From positions 94,240,001 through 94,304,000 of the forward strand of contig NC_043003.1 of NCBI RefSeq assembly GCF_006345805.1: a stretch of DNA of 64,000 nucleotides. Reading direction: 5' to 3'. Within the stretch, counting starts at the first letter, position 1; every line of letters starts with the position of its first letter. The notes under the pieces are model-generated. The model saw nothing but the letters and a program-made list of their open reading frames with translations. It was not told where the DNA came from and searched no databases. The DNA comes from Octopus sinensis (Eukaryota). A program made the translations under genes and the position numbers. This document shows, in pieces, positions 12,618 to 25,099 of this stretch.

Positions 12618-13514
12618 GATAGACTAAGTTATATTAATGTAGGTTCATGCCATCCCCCTATAGTATTCAAAAATTTAGTTAAAAATATTAGTAAGAGGAT
12701 TTCTAGCCTCTCATCTAATGAGGACATCTTCAATAGCGTTGCCCCAGTTTATAATAAAGCTTTAAAAGATAGTGGTTTTAGCGAAAAAATAAAATATACA
12801 CCTATCACCAGCCCAACAATAAGGAAAAGGAATAATAGAAATAGGAAGGTCATCTGGTTTACGCCCCCTTACTCACCCGAGGTGGCCTTCAATATAGGTA
12901 AATATTTCCTAGCACTGATAGATAGACATTTTCCAGTTAACCATGCTTATAGGAAACTCTTTAATAGACACAATTTAAAAATTAGTTTTAGTTCAACTAC
13001 CAATTTTAAAAACATAATCAATCATAACATACAAAAAACACAAGAAGAAAACAGCTGTTCATGCAGGAATAAAGAATTGTGCCCGCTAAATGGAGCTTGC
13101 ATGTCCAAGACCATCATATATGAAGCTACCGTAAACTCTATAACCACTAAAGACACCGTTTCGACGAAGAAATACGTGGGCCTGACAGAGGGTAATTTCA
13201 AGGCCAGGTTCAATAACCACACTTTGAGCTTTAGGCACTGGAACAAAAGAAAAGCGACACAATTATCCAATCATATTTGGTCTTTAAGAGATAAAGGTGT
13301 CGATTATAACATACAATGGAAGATTTTGGCCAGATGTAAGCCCTATACTAACGGCAGCGGAAGGTGCGGTTTATGCGACATGGAGAGATGGCTTATCTGG
13401 AAAAGCAGCTTAGACCCTACCACATGTCTAAATACAAGGACAGAGCTTTTCGGATCATGCCCACATGTGACTAAATTTCTGTTACGTTTTTGGTCCCCTA
13501 AAGAAAACGGATAG
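12618..13514 (+). mobile_element. PLE ORF fragment, copy 2, uninterrupted from thumb to GIY-YIG
   Basis: Open frame from DRLSY (12618) to the stop at 13514, with no start codon context. It begins directly after a (TA)n tract. Confidence 0.9.
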
Positions 13515-13800
13515 AACATGCTTTCTGTGTTATGTCCCAAGAAGATTTTATATATTTTTATATATTTTTATATATTTTTATGTATTTTTATATAATTTTT
13601 ATGACGAAAAATGCGAGCGATGTATAAGTACGCAGGCAAAGCAGAGTTATAACAGAGTAATTTCCCTTCATTTTTAACGGTATTTTTTCATAACGTTTTC
13701 AAATAGCCAGATAACCGAAGAGATGGTGTTGTGGATTTCCACTTCGGCATCTGAAACTCAGAGTTTTATCTTGACTACCGAGTAATGTAACATATTGTAT

Positions 13801-13891
<91 letters not shown>

Positions 13892-14517
13892 TATTTATGT
13901 ATATGTGTGTATATATAGATGTGTGTGTGCTTGCATGTGTAAACTAATCTTCGGAAAGTAATAGTAACATTTGTATCATTAGTTTTGGACATATTCTGAA
14001 GCTGCGTGCAATAATGTATATTGCACCCGATAAATAGTATATTCTGAAGTGTAGGAGAACATTTGATAACATCTAGTTACGGATGGCTGTTAAACACGCT
14101 AGTAATATTATCTAACACTGAGAAGGGATAATCATATACGAATATATCCATGTGTGCATGAGTGTGCATAAGTATGCACGTGTGTACGTATGTGTTGATA
14201 ACATTGAATATTCTGTTTTCTCATCGGATATATGACTGAACAGATATTTTTCGCATGCCAGCTACACTTATCTGTGCGTTCAATGTCCAAATACAACTCT
14301 TTTAGCTTAAGTGGAAAACTTCATAACATAAACAAAAAGGAAAACAGATTTCGTTTACTGGAAACATCCATAAAACGGATAAAAAAATCATAGGCTTTGC
14401 GCGAGAAATGACTATGAATATAATTTGTCCGAGATTTACGGATAATAAAGTGATTCATAATTTACAACAATCTAAAATTCCGAATATACAAATACCATGC
14501 TAGCAAATCTTAAAAGA

Positions 14518-14664
14518 TGTGTGTGTGTGTATGTGTGTGTGTGTGTGTGTTTCTGTGTGTGTGTGTCTGTGTGTGTGTATGTGTGTGTGTGAGTGCGTGT
14601 GTATGTATGTGTGAGAGAGAGAGAGGAGAATATGGAGATAGAGCTGAACTCACAGACAGACATG

Positions 14665-14745
<81 letters not shown>

Positions 14746-14763
14746 TGATAGATAGAAAGATAC

Positions 14764-14804
<41 letters not shown>

Positions 14805-14837
14805 AAGACAGGTAGATAGACAGACAGACAGACAGAT

Positions 14838-14884
<47 letters not shown>

Positions 14885-15092
14885 TAGATAGATATATAGA
14901 CAGACGGACAGACAAATATTAAGTAAGTTGGAAGGTAGACATGTAGGTAAGTAGGTAGGTAGGTAGGTAGGTAGTTAGTTAGTTAGTTAGTTAGGTAGGT
15001 AGGTAGGTAGGTAGGTAGGTAGGTAGGTAGTAGGTAGGTAGGTAGGTAGGTAGGTAGGTAGGTAAGTAGGTAGGTAGGTAGGTTGGAAGGTA
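14518..15092 (+). repeat. Compound microsatellite (TG)-(GA)-(GATA)-(GACA)-(GGTA)
   Basis: Directly visible. Confidence 0.95.
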
Positions 15093-15211
15093 GATAAATA
15101 TGGAGTAGCATATACATTACAAACATGCATGCACGCACTTATGCAGATACAGATGCGCACTCAGATTTTCCGACGCGCTCACACACAAAATATAAATGTA
15201 TGTATGCCGGC

Positions 15212-15246
<35 letters not shown>

Positions 15247-15408
15247 CACATGTGTTGTTTGTATGTTTAAATTGCTGGATTTAAATATCCATATAAATGT
15301 TCATATATATCTTTTGTGTGTGTGTATGTATATATATATATAAGGCAAATAAGAAAACGAAGAGGATATAAAATCGACAGACATCAGCCGATAAACAGTC
15401 CAGTATGT

Positions 15409-16288
15409 TTATTTATTCAAATATATTGGATAAATATACACACATGTATGAGTGGTTCAGTTTAGCCAGTGCAAAAAATCTGGTAACTGCATAAACAAGG
15501 GTGTGAATACATACGAGCGTGTAGAAAGAGGTGAACAAGTTGGTGAAAAACTAAATACGTGTGCAGGTACTTGTCCCTTACGGCCGTTTCTGCCAAAAAG
15601 CAACGAAATCTTCCAGTTAACTCTATCTCTTCAGGGATGAGCAGACAAAACTTGGATAATGTATGTGCGCCTAGGCTTTTTCAGAGGGTCTAAGTGGTTT
15701 GGGTGGGGTTAACAGATATAAAAGTCAGTTAAGAATATTTAAGGTGTGTTTATCTTTTTAAATTTATCCTTTTAAATAGAGTAGAATAAGAATAAGAATA
15801 AGGATAAGAGTAAGAGCAAACTCAAGAATATAAGTTAAATACAGCATAGTACAATGATGTGGGCATAACAAGGGGAAATAAGGTACAGACTTCCCGTAAT
15901 ATATTATATGATCCATGTTATCCTTATTCTTATTCTGCTCTATTTAAAAGGATAAACACACATTAGCTATTCTTAACTGACTTTTATATGTGTTACCCCC
16001 CCCCCCGACCACTTAGACCTTCTGAAGAAGCCTAGGGACACAAACATTATCCCAGTGTTGTCTGTTCATCCTTGCATAACACTGAAGAGATGTAGATAAC
16101 CAGGAAGATTTCGTTGCCTCTTGGCAGAAACGGCCGTAGGAACTAGCACCTTTACACCCATTTAGTTTTTCGACACTTTGCTCACTTGTTTCTATATACT
16201 TATATGTATTCACACCATTATTTATTTTCTACTCGCTAATAAGTACCACTCATGCATGTGTGTATTCATCCAATATATTTTAATAAAT
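15409..16288. mobile_element. Large diverged fold-back (arms about 380-400 bp) with HHR-like motifs; likely a PLE derivative
   Basis: 15409-15807 mirrors 15918-16288. GAAACGGCCGTA occurs in both arms (16127-16138 on +, 15579-15590 on -). Confidence 0.75.
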
Positions 16289-16408
16289 AGAGAGATTGCC
16301 ATGCAATAACTAGCATTCGGATATGAATAATTGCGTTCACTACTACCATCAGTATTTTGGATAGTTACTGCCCCTTAGTTGGTTTCTCAACCTCTAACTA
16401 TTACAGAA

Positions 16409-16460
<52 letters not shown>

Positions 16461-16462
<2 letters not shown>

Positions 16463-16637
16463 ATTCATCCGCAAGTTCTTTTATTCTCTCTCTTTTTATT
16501 CTCTGTTTATTTCCTCGTGTTCCTTTCTGTTGAAGAGCGTAGGCTCGAAAGGTAAAATATTTTCTCACCGTTCCGAGCTTCAAACTAATACACCTGCTTG
16601 TTGTTTATACACATGTTTTTCTGTAAATTTCAACTAT
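16461..16637 (+). mobile_element. Family H repeat copy
   Basis: ttCTGTTGAagagcgtaggctcGAAAggtaaaa followed by the shared downstream segment. Confidence 0.65.
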
Positions 16638-16658
16638 GCATGTATGTATGTATGTATG

Positions 16659-17127
16659 AATTACTATTTGTAAATTTCTCAACGGAGATATTCAGTAACA
16701 GTACTCTGGAGTAAAGATTATTTGCCGAGCTGACATGGAAGTCCTGGTTAGGATGCATCTTTTCTCTAGATTACAGTCACAAAATGTCTTTCTTTGTGAG
16801 ATTCACAAATAGTAATTTTCTATTTTATTAGATCAGTGACTGTGTGTCACATTGAAAACTATATCTTAAATAAGAATTTAGCAGAGCCTCTTCTAACCGA
16901 ACAGTTATTCTGTGCTGATGAAGAGAAATAGCCTAGAAATCGCGATAAACGGATATTATTTTGTGCTGAGTGGTGGGGATGCTAAACTCCCTTGTTCGAA
17001 AATGTAAGGACACAGATAGTGTGTCGTATAGCCAGTTGGAGACGATGTTTCCTGGGGCTAAATAGCAACAGCAGTAGCATTCGTTCTAACCAGGATTGCC
17101 ACGCTATGTTGGCAAATAATCTTTACT
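16659..17127. repeat. Interleaved short inverted repeats with a degenerate HHR-like centre
   Basis: 16659-16680 mirrors 16797-16817, and 16711-16756 mirrors 17077-17127. CTGATGA..GAAATCGCGATA at 16915-16947. Confidence 0.55.
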
Positions 17128-17829
17128 GTCTCTCTCTCTTTAGTCTTTACTCTCTCTATCTCTCTCGATAAATATATATATGGTACATATGCAGACACGT
17201 ATATATGTAAGTATGCATGCATTCATGTATGTATGTGTGTGTGTATGCATGTATGTGTGTATGTATGTATGTATGTGAGTGGAATATCAGTAAGAAGAGA
17301 GACATGGAGGGAGAGAGTAAATATATTTAAATGCAGTATATAAAGCTGATTTGTGAAACGTGTAACTGGATGTTCTACTTATGTCAATGAAACTGCTGTT
17401 TTACTGGTATCTATTTAATGGCTATTGTCCCTAGCTTTGGCATTTCCTAAATAATTGCATGCAATGTAAGAGTTTCCATTTCATTAAAAGTGAGTTGTAT
17501 TTTATTTGGGTCAAGAAGCGGAACACTTTACGAAAGCGCATTTGTGTTTTATTCCGGAAACAAAGCCTTCTTTATTTCTTTAGTGTTTGTTATATCTAGC
17601 AGAAAATAAATACACAAAAACTGGCAGCGCACACATCAGCTGTAGCAATTTTACGGTGAATTAAATCGCAAAGACTCAGATATATAGCAATGATTAATTC
17701 ATACGACATATTACCGGTCATTTAAGACGACTAAGTGTCTTAATGAGAGTATAAGCATTCTGGTAGTGACTCCCATATGAACTGTTCCGGAAAGTGTGCC
17801 AATATTATGTTCAGACAATTGATATTACG

Positions 17830-18312
17830 CAGTTTTGTCACCTGCTTCAGTCATTCGTTGCGGTCACACTGGAGAACCGTATTGCAGAATAAACACCCGA
17901 GTACCTCTTTTATGTTTTGTATTGGTACGCTATCAATTTTTTGCCGAACTGATAGGTCACCGGGTTGAAAAGGAACCAACATCGGGTATAAACCAGTTGG
18001 GAGAAAAACACAAACACAAAGACATATACATGCACACACACACACACATACATACATACATACATACATGCATGCATGCATACATACATACATACATACA
18101 TACATACATACATACATACATACATACATACATACATACATACATACATACATGCATACAAACGGACTGATTTCTCAGTTTCCGTCAACCAAATTCAGAA
18201 ACAAAACGTTGGCCGTCCCGAGGCAATACGAGAAATACTTGATCAAAGCTCTGCGCAGTAGATCTGAATTTGAAACCACATGGTTTAGCAGCGAACTTCT
18301 TAATCACACAGA
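17830..18312 (-). mobile_element. SINE family A, old diverged copy
   Basis: Same modules as 7196-7618, around an internal (TACA)n tract. Confidence 0.7.
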
Positions 18313-20669
18313 TATGTCTATGCTATGTCTCACAAAATGAAAAGCAACGATCTCAAATTTCAAACCTTCTTATTGTTTTAATGATTAAAGGAATAATATG
18401 TATATTTGAAATAGATACAAAATAAGAAAAGTACCTCAGTCAACTGCTAAGCATTTATGAAACTGCTAAAGTCAAGTGTAAAACAATAAACACCATCATA
18501 GTTAAATAAATCAGTTGGACAGAAATGAATGAAGATTTGTAGCATGGGTTGAGAAGTGTTTGCTATAGTCTACTTCACACATTTTAACTCATTATATAGT
18601 TTTCAGCGATAATAAAAGCATCACAACAGAATGTACGGGATTTTCGAAATATTTTATTTGTGCGAGCTCTACGCCGCTGAATGGTTATTAATTCTTCAGT
18701 CCTTGGTTGAGCTAAATCTTTGATCTAATTTATTTTACGGTTTCCGGAAGTAGGTACTTATGCTTTCTCGAAAGCAGTAGACAAGAGAAGATTTTTATCG
18801 GTGCCACCTAATCCGTTAATTTTTTCTGTTCCTTTCGATAATTTTCATTTCGTTTTACTATTATCGCTGATAATAGGTATTTATAATGTGGTATTTCAAT
18901 GTGTTGTCATGTGGTGGGCATTATCGCTATCGTCGTCGTTGTTGTTTTTGTTGAGCTTTGGACCAGTTAAGATCAATAAATTTCAGTCTTATCTCAAAGC
19001 AGATCGAGTAATCACGTAAAAGTATTCTCGATGCTTAATTAGCACTTGGTAAATCGATGATATTTTTTCTTTTGATTAGAGAGAGGGCTTTATTTTTAGG
19101 GGTGTCGTTTTAAGGAACTTAAAATAATCATGTATTTTACACAGCAGTAGTTAAGTATATTCTTATCTCGAATAAGAAATATGTCGATAAAGCGACAGTA
19201 TATCGATTCGACCAAATACAACGTTCTGCGTAAAACTGTTCGACCGAACATACCAACATGATGTAAATCCGATATTCGTACACATAATCTGCTCATCTTT
19301 CAGTTTCTCTAGCAACGCATCCACTCCAAATTTCCATCTTGCAATTTCAAGGGAAAATATCTACAAATTCATACTGGAAGTGTTTGATCAATTTTAAATA
19401 TTTAAGTTACTGAAATAACATCTCGTATAACTATATAGTATTGTCAACAACATTCAAGGTTCCCTTTCAAGTCGCCTACTTCAAAACTTGCTAATACCTT
19501 CTTTCGTTATTTTTTTTAAGCTTCAGAGATTATCGGTTTTGTTGTCATTGCAGTTCTACAAGCCTTTTATTTATTTTGATATCTTCATCAAAGATAGTAC
19601 TGAGGGCCCGAAAAGTGCTATAAACAGAACGAGAATAGTGTGTAGATACTTTTTCAACCTACTTAACATTATGTTTCATAGCAAGATATATCAATATCAA
19701 ACTACATATATTATTCACACTGGTGCTTAATTTCAATATTTTGAAAATAATAAGTAGACAGTAACCACATGAATCCAGCTTTTTTTTCTCTTTAATCACA
19801 CAAAATTTTGCTTTGGAAGAAGGATGTAAATTTTCTGAGTTAATATATTTATTTAAGTTGTTTTAATGTCGATGTAGCCATCAATTAAAATTTTGCACTG
19901 TCACAACATTGCTATATAACATTCTAATGAAGGAAGCAAACAAAACAGAAACACTAATGGGAACAGTAATGATGTGTTACGTTGCAAAAGAGTGGGTTTT
20001 ATTGAATTCTTTCAGTTGTTGTTTATATAGCCCCAGGTAAGCATTGACTGAGCAGACCTGTAATCAAAAACGTTTCATTCACGATCATTCCATCTTTTTA
20101 GAGTATCCCACATAACATAATTTAATGAGTCTTGCCTTGTCCATAGGCAGTGCGATATGATTTAACACTTTGCCTACCGTGGGAGACACTGGTGACTCCT
20201 AATGACAATGCTTTCTATGGAACCTTACATTACTCTGGTTCACATTACATTATTCACATTTTAAGGAATGTCCCGAACACGATTCATTGTATTTCTCGGA
20301 TGGTTTTCAATTTGAATCGATATATGCCGAGACATGACCCGGCAAGAAGAATGCAAGTCTCTGTCATCTCCCACATTGGCTCGCAGTCCAACCATAGTAT
20401 ACTTTTTGTGAAAAGAAGTCAGTAAGGCTTATATTACATAATCTGAAATATATTCTGTAGAAAACAGATCATGAACTGAGGTACGGTGGACATTTTAATA
20501 CTTTTTAAGGTGTGTATCATCGGTAACTCATGCAGTACAAAATGAATATGTATTCTGCACAACGGGTGTCACTGTTGGTACGAATACTAAAAATCAGTAT
20601 GGTAGACTATATAGTAAACTAGAACAGATATATGGTTAAAACATCTATTTAAAAAACGAATAATTAATA

Positions 20670-20986
20670 TTCCTTTCTACTTAATTTATCGACCCCGAAA
20701 GGATGAAAGGCAAAGTCGACCTCGGCGGAATTTGAACTCAGAACGTAGCGGCAGACGAAATATATATTTCTTTAGTACCCACAAGGAGCTAAACGCAGAG
20801 AGGACAAACAAGGACAGAAAAACAGATTAAGACGATTATATCGACCCCAGTGCGTAACTGGTACTTATTTAATCGACTCCGAAAGGATGAAAGGCAAAGT
20901 CGACCTCGGCAGAATTTGAACTCAAAACGTAGCGGCAGACGAAATACCGCTAAGCATTTTGCCCGGCGTGCTAACAACTCCGCCTT
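20670..20986 (-). mobile_element. SINE family B, full copy plus adjacent partial copy
   Basis: gaaaggatgaaaggcaaagtcgacctcggc..gaactc occurs twice. Confidence 0.9.
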
Positions 20987-23002
20987 GAACGAATTATTAA
21001 TAATAAAATCGGAACACTGGGGCTAAATACAACTATGGCACCAAATGGGTCTGCTAGGCAAGTTTTAAGGAAGATTTTGCTACTACGGTAGTTCGATGTG
21101 GTGTGTTTATCTCATTTGATATCTCAAATTAATTAATATTAGAACATGAAACTACGAAACACATTTCGATGTAATAATGTATGAGTCAGAAACTAATGCA
21201 ATTACTATTTGATATTACTTTCTGATATACCTCGCATTTTCCTTTCTAATCTTTAGAGCGTATAAGTAGTTTCAAAATTGATATCCTCTTAGGATATAAA
21301 CGTAGTTCTGCAGGCGATTACTTTACATAAGAATTTGCGATTTGTGTGTAATTTTTAATTCCTCCCGCAATGTAATTCAGTTATTATGACTTCTTATTTG
21401 TAAGGCAAGAGAATTTAGGTTTAATAAAATTCATCAATAAATCTTCTTAGTTTTATTCTTTTGCGGTTTTAAAATTATCTAAATTGATTACAATGACTTG
21501 AATTAATAAGAAAATAATTACTACATACCTTCTCAATAATGATGGTTCTACTTTGTATTATTCCACTCGAGTGCATTTTCGCTTTACTTGAATACGCCAA
21601 TACGCTGCAGTCATTGAAGGGCAATTAGTCTGACACGGCAGGTTGCTTTTAATCTTCACGGCATTCGAATTTCATTCAACAAAATCTCTGTTTGTTTTAC
21701 AGTCACAGATATTGACCCCCTCGCTTTTAAAATGGTATTCTTAATGCTTTAACCCTCTCAGATTTGGGCACCTGTGCGACTGAGCAAAAAGCAAATTGCA
21801 TATACAACTCAAGAGTAATGATTGCAGGAAAACCAATGGGCAGAATCACAAAAAACATTCAGGAAGATAACAATAATAAGCATATCCTGCAGCTACTGCA
21901 TTTGTTCACCTAAATCACAAATTTCCTCATCACTTTCACCAGTTTCATTCTCCGATTCACTTCGTCTAAAGAATAATTATCATCAATAGTTTTCGTAATT
22001 GCAAAGAGTCTAGTCCTTTGCTCGCTTACAAGATGGAGTTCTGCGTTTCTTCACAAGCTTGTTTCCTCGCAAAATCGTTTTCTTTTTTGATTAAAAACAA
22101 AAGCAAACATCTGTTTACGCCATTGGTAACGAGCCATAAACACACTTGATTACAAAGCTGCACCATGACCAGTTGTCTAATTTTTGTATTTTATCTTCTT
22201 TTTCTACTTGTGCTGTTCATTATCGCATTAGCAGGAGTCCGGCTGAGATGGATTTAAGCTATTACCGCTAGAGCGGGAACACGGCTCGACAGGTTTAAAA
22301 TGGTGATCTGCTATAAATGCTTTACATGATTTCATTGCTAATATCTAAACCAAAAACGATACTTGGGCTGCATAATCCTGGACGAATAATTCGACTTATT
22401 TAGCAGAATTTTGTACGAAGATACGTTTTGCACGTGTTCTTGGCAGAACGCCATGCAACTACAAAATTTTAATAACAAAGAATGAATGTTAGTGCGAAAC
22501 CTTCCTTTTTAAACACATCTGCAGAGATGTTTCATGGTTTCTATGTCTTTTTGATTGCAGAAGGCGTGATTTTCTGAAATTTTAATTCAAAATGTACAAC
22601 ACTTTATTTGAAAAAGTGTGTGTGGGTGTGTGTGTGCGGTATTTATGTTTGTAGATAGTATATACTAGACTAGAACCACGTTAGGCGTATATTTTGTCTC
22701 AGAGAAACTTCAAAGAGATTTTTGCTCAGAATACTGTCAACATATTATCAGGTACAGGCGTTTATATGCATCGTTATTTTAATTAAATGCAGTTTCAAAT
22801 CCGTATATTGATGTAAGTTTAATCTGGCCAGCTTTCAAACAAATCAGTGAATGTCTTCTTTGTTGATTTTGATATCGGATCAAAGTTTTCAATTTAGCTG
22901 AAAATGTTTGCGTGTCTTCGTTACTGAGAGGACAAATTAGGTCAACACACGGTGTCAAATAATGCTCCGTCAGACATATATACAATTGATGTTAGTGAAT
23001 TT

Positions 23003-23170
23003 ACGGCCCCGTACTTAGCGGTTCGGCAAAATCAATCGAAGAAATAAGTACTAATCTTATAAAGAATAAGTCCTGGGGTCGATTTCTTCAACTGAAACCT
23101 TTTAAGGCGGTGCTCCAGCATGGCCGCGGTGAACTAACCGAAAGAAGTAAAATAATATAAGAATAAAAGA
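23003..23170 (+). mobile_element. SINE family A, 3' half
   Basis: cttagcggttcggcaaaa..gaataagtcctggggtcgat..ccagcatggccgc. Confidence 0.8.
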
Positions 23171-23363
23171 ATATATACATATATATATATATATATAATA
23201 GTTATCGCCATACTAATATGGCATTCTTATAAAAATAAGAAAAAAGCTGTCCGCTTATTAGCTCCATGAGGCCATCGCCTTAAGTTAGCTATTTGATACA
23301 CAAACTGTATCCATATAACCTTCGAACAAGGGAGGTCAGTCGCTCCACACTACTTGACCGGCA

Positions 23364-23405
23364 GCTACAGACGCGTTTCGGGGTATTGCCCCTTTTCAAT
23401 GCAGC
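23364..23405 (-). ncRNA. Type I HHR (U3-A8 core), unit 1
   Basis: Reverse complement reads gctgca TTGAAAA gggg caata cccc GAAA cgcG TC tgtagc. Confidence 0.8.
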
Positions 23406-23725
23406 GTAGCCAGCCAGTAGGTGTCGCTTCCGACAATCTCTGTTCGATGGTTTTATTTACCTAGTTTCGGTGGAATACATCCACTTGTTTTCAATAATAG
23501 AAATATTAAAATAACTAAGTCTCTCTAAAAGAGAACAGCGGCAGCGTTCCCGGAAAATAATAGTTATCGCCATACTAATATGGCATTCTTATAAAAATAA
23601 GAAAAAAGCTGTCCGCTTATTAGCTCCATGAGGCCATCGCCTTAAGTTAGCTATTTGATACACAAACTGTATCCATATAACCTTCGAACAAGGGAGGTCA
23701 GTCGCTCCACACTACTTGACCGGCA

Positions 23726-23767
23726 GCTACAGACGCGTTTCGGGGTATTGCCCCTTTTCAATGCAGC
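23726..23767 (-). ncRNA. Type I HHR (U3-A8 core), unit 2
   Basis: Same motif, 362 bp downstream. Confidence 0.8.
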
Positions 23768-23937
23768 GTAGCCAGCCAGTAGGTGTCGCTTCCGACAATC
23801 TCTGTTCGATGGTTTTATTTACCTAGTTTCGGTGGAATACATCCACTTGTTTTCAATAATAGAAATATTAAAATAACTAAGTCTCTCTAAAACCATCGAA
23901 CAGAGATTGTCGGAAGTGACACCTACAGGCTGGCTAC

Positions 23938-23979
23938 GCTGCATTGAAAAGGGGCAATACCCCGAAACGCGTCTGTAGC
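23938..23979 (+). ncRNA. Type I HHR (U3-A8 core), unit 3
   Basis: gctgca TTGAAAA gggg caata cccc GAAA cgcG TC tgtagc. Confidence 0.8.
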
Positions 23980-24301
23980 TGCCGGTCAAGTAGTGTGGAG
24001 CGACTGACCTCCCTTGTTCGAAGGTTATATGGATACAGTTTGTGTATCAAATAGCTAACTTAAGGCGATGGCCTCATGGAGCTAATAAGCGGACAGCTTT
24101 TTTCTTATTTTTATAAGAATGCCATATTAGTATGGCGATAACTATTATTTTCCGGGAACGCTGCCGCTGTTCTCTTTTTTAGAGAGACTTAGTTATTTTA
24201 ATATTTCTATTATTGAAAACAAGTGGATGTATTCCACCGAAACTAGGTAAATAAAACCATCGAACAGAGATTGTCGGAAGCGACACCTACTGGCTGGCTA
24301 C

Positions 24302-24342
24302 GCTGCATTGAAAAGGGGCAATACCCCGAAAACGCGTGTAGC
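24302..24342 (+). ncRNA. Type I HHR, unit 4, with indels at the cleavage site
   Basis: Reads gaaaacgcgtgtagc instead of gaaacgcgtctgtagc. Confidence 0.5.
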
Positions 24343-24566
24343 TGCCGGTCAAGTAGTGTGGAGCGACTGACCTCCCTTGTTCGAAGGTTATATGGATACA
24401 GTTGTGTATCAAATAGCTAACTTAAGGCGATGGCCTCATGGAGCTAATAGCGGACAGCTTTTTTCTTATTTTTATAAGAATGCCATATTAGTATGGCGAT
24501 AACTATTATTTTCCGGGAACGCTGCCGCTGTTCTCTTTTAGAGAGACTTAGTTATTTTAATATTTC

Positions 24567-24615
<49 letters not shown>

Positions 24616-24983
24616 GATATGTGTGTCCTTCTCTATATGTATATATACATATATACATATGTACAATACACACAAACACACACACACATATATATTCATA
24701 TGTAACCATTAAAACATATATGAGAAAAGAAGCATACTCAAAAAAATTGAGCAGTAATTATTAAAACACAAATTTAAATTTTGGACAGAGAGTTACCAGC
24801 GGTTTGGTATCCACAAAGCCAAAGCCTTGTGAACAGTTCTCCTTTAGATGTGCACTTAACATGAAAAACCATTTTAAGAAGTACCCACAATACAAGGGAT
24901 GAGGCAGGTTGTTCTTGAAGGGTATATAATAACTGTCCAGTAGGAGACCAATGCAAGACTGAAAGAGTCATATATGAAGATAC

Positions 24984-25099
24984 TTTTCTATTCCTGAGCG
25001 TTATACTTTTTACTATTCCTGAGCGTCATACTAATACCTCTGTTTGTTTTGCACACCACCTGTCTACGTCTTTAATTTTTTTCGTAAACTCTCCCCATT
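24984..25099 (+). mobile_element. 5'-truncated family H fragment flanked by an 11-bp direct repeat
   Basis: tatgaagatac at 24973-24983 and 25100-25110. The body matches the 3' part of 8965-9153. Confidence 0.75.

Larger units (their letters stand above)
9165..14520 (+). repeat. Tandem duplication, two near-identical units of about 2.67 kb
   Basis: 9203 aligns to 11859 and 9961 aligns to 12631. Junctions fall in (TG)n tracts. Only a few substitutions and indels. Confidence 0.95.
23196..24572. mobile_element. Retrozyme-like array of a 362-bp unit: about 2 tandem copies followed by about 2 inverted copies, inside (TA)n
   Basis: 23201 aligns to 23563 (period 362). The inversion junction lies at the taaaa microhomology, 23888-23892. 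One HHR per unit and no ORF. Confidence 0.9.

Noticed and set aside
21700-22300. Possible coding or transposase remnant (Cys/Trp segment on -, hydrophobic mini-ORF on +)
   Set aside because: It has many stops and no motif that can be named with support.
23985-24030. Pol III A/B boxes in the 362-bp unit (ggtcaagtagtgtgg..gttcgaagg)
   Set aside because: Matches to both boxes are too weak to call.
23196-24572. CRISPR array or simple satellite
   Set aside because: There are no unique spacers, the context is eukaryotic, and the inversion plus ribozyme fit a retroelement better.
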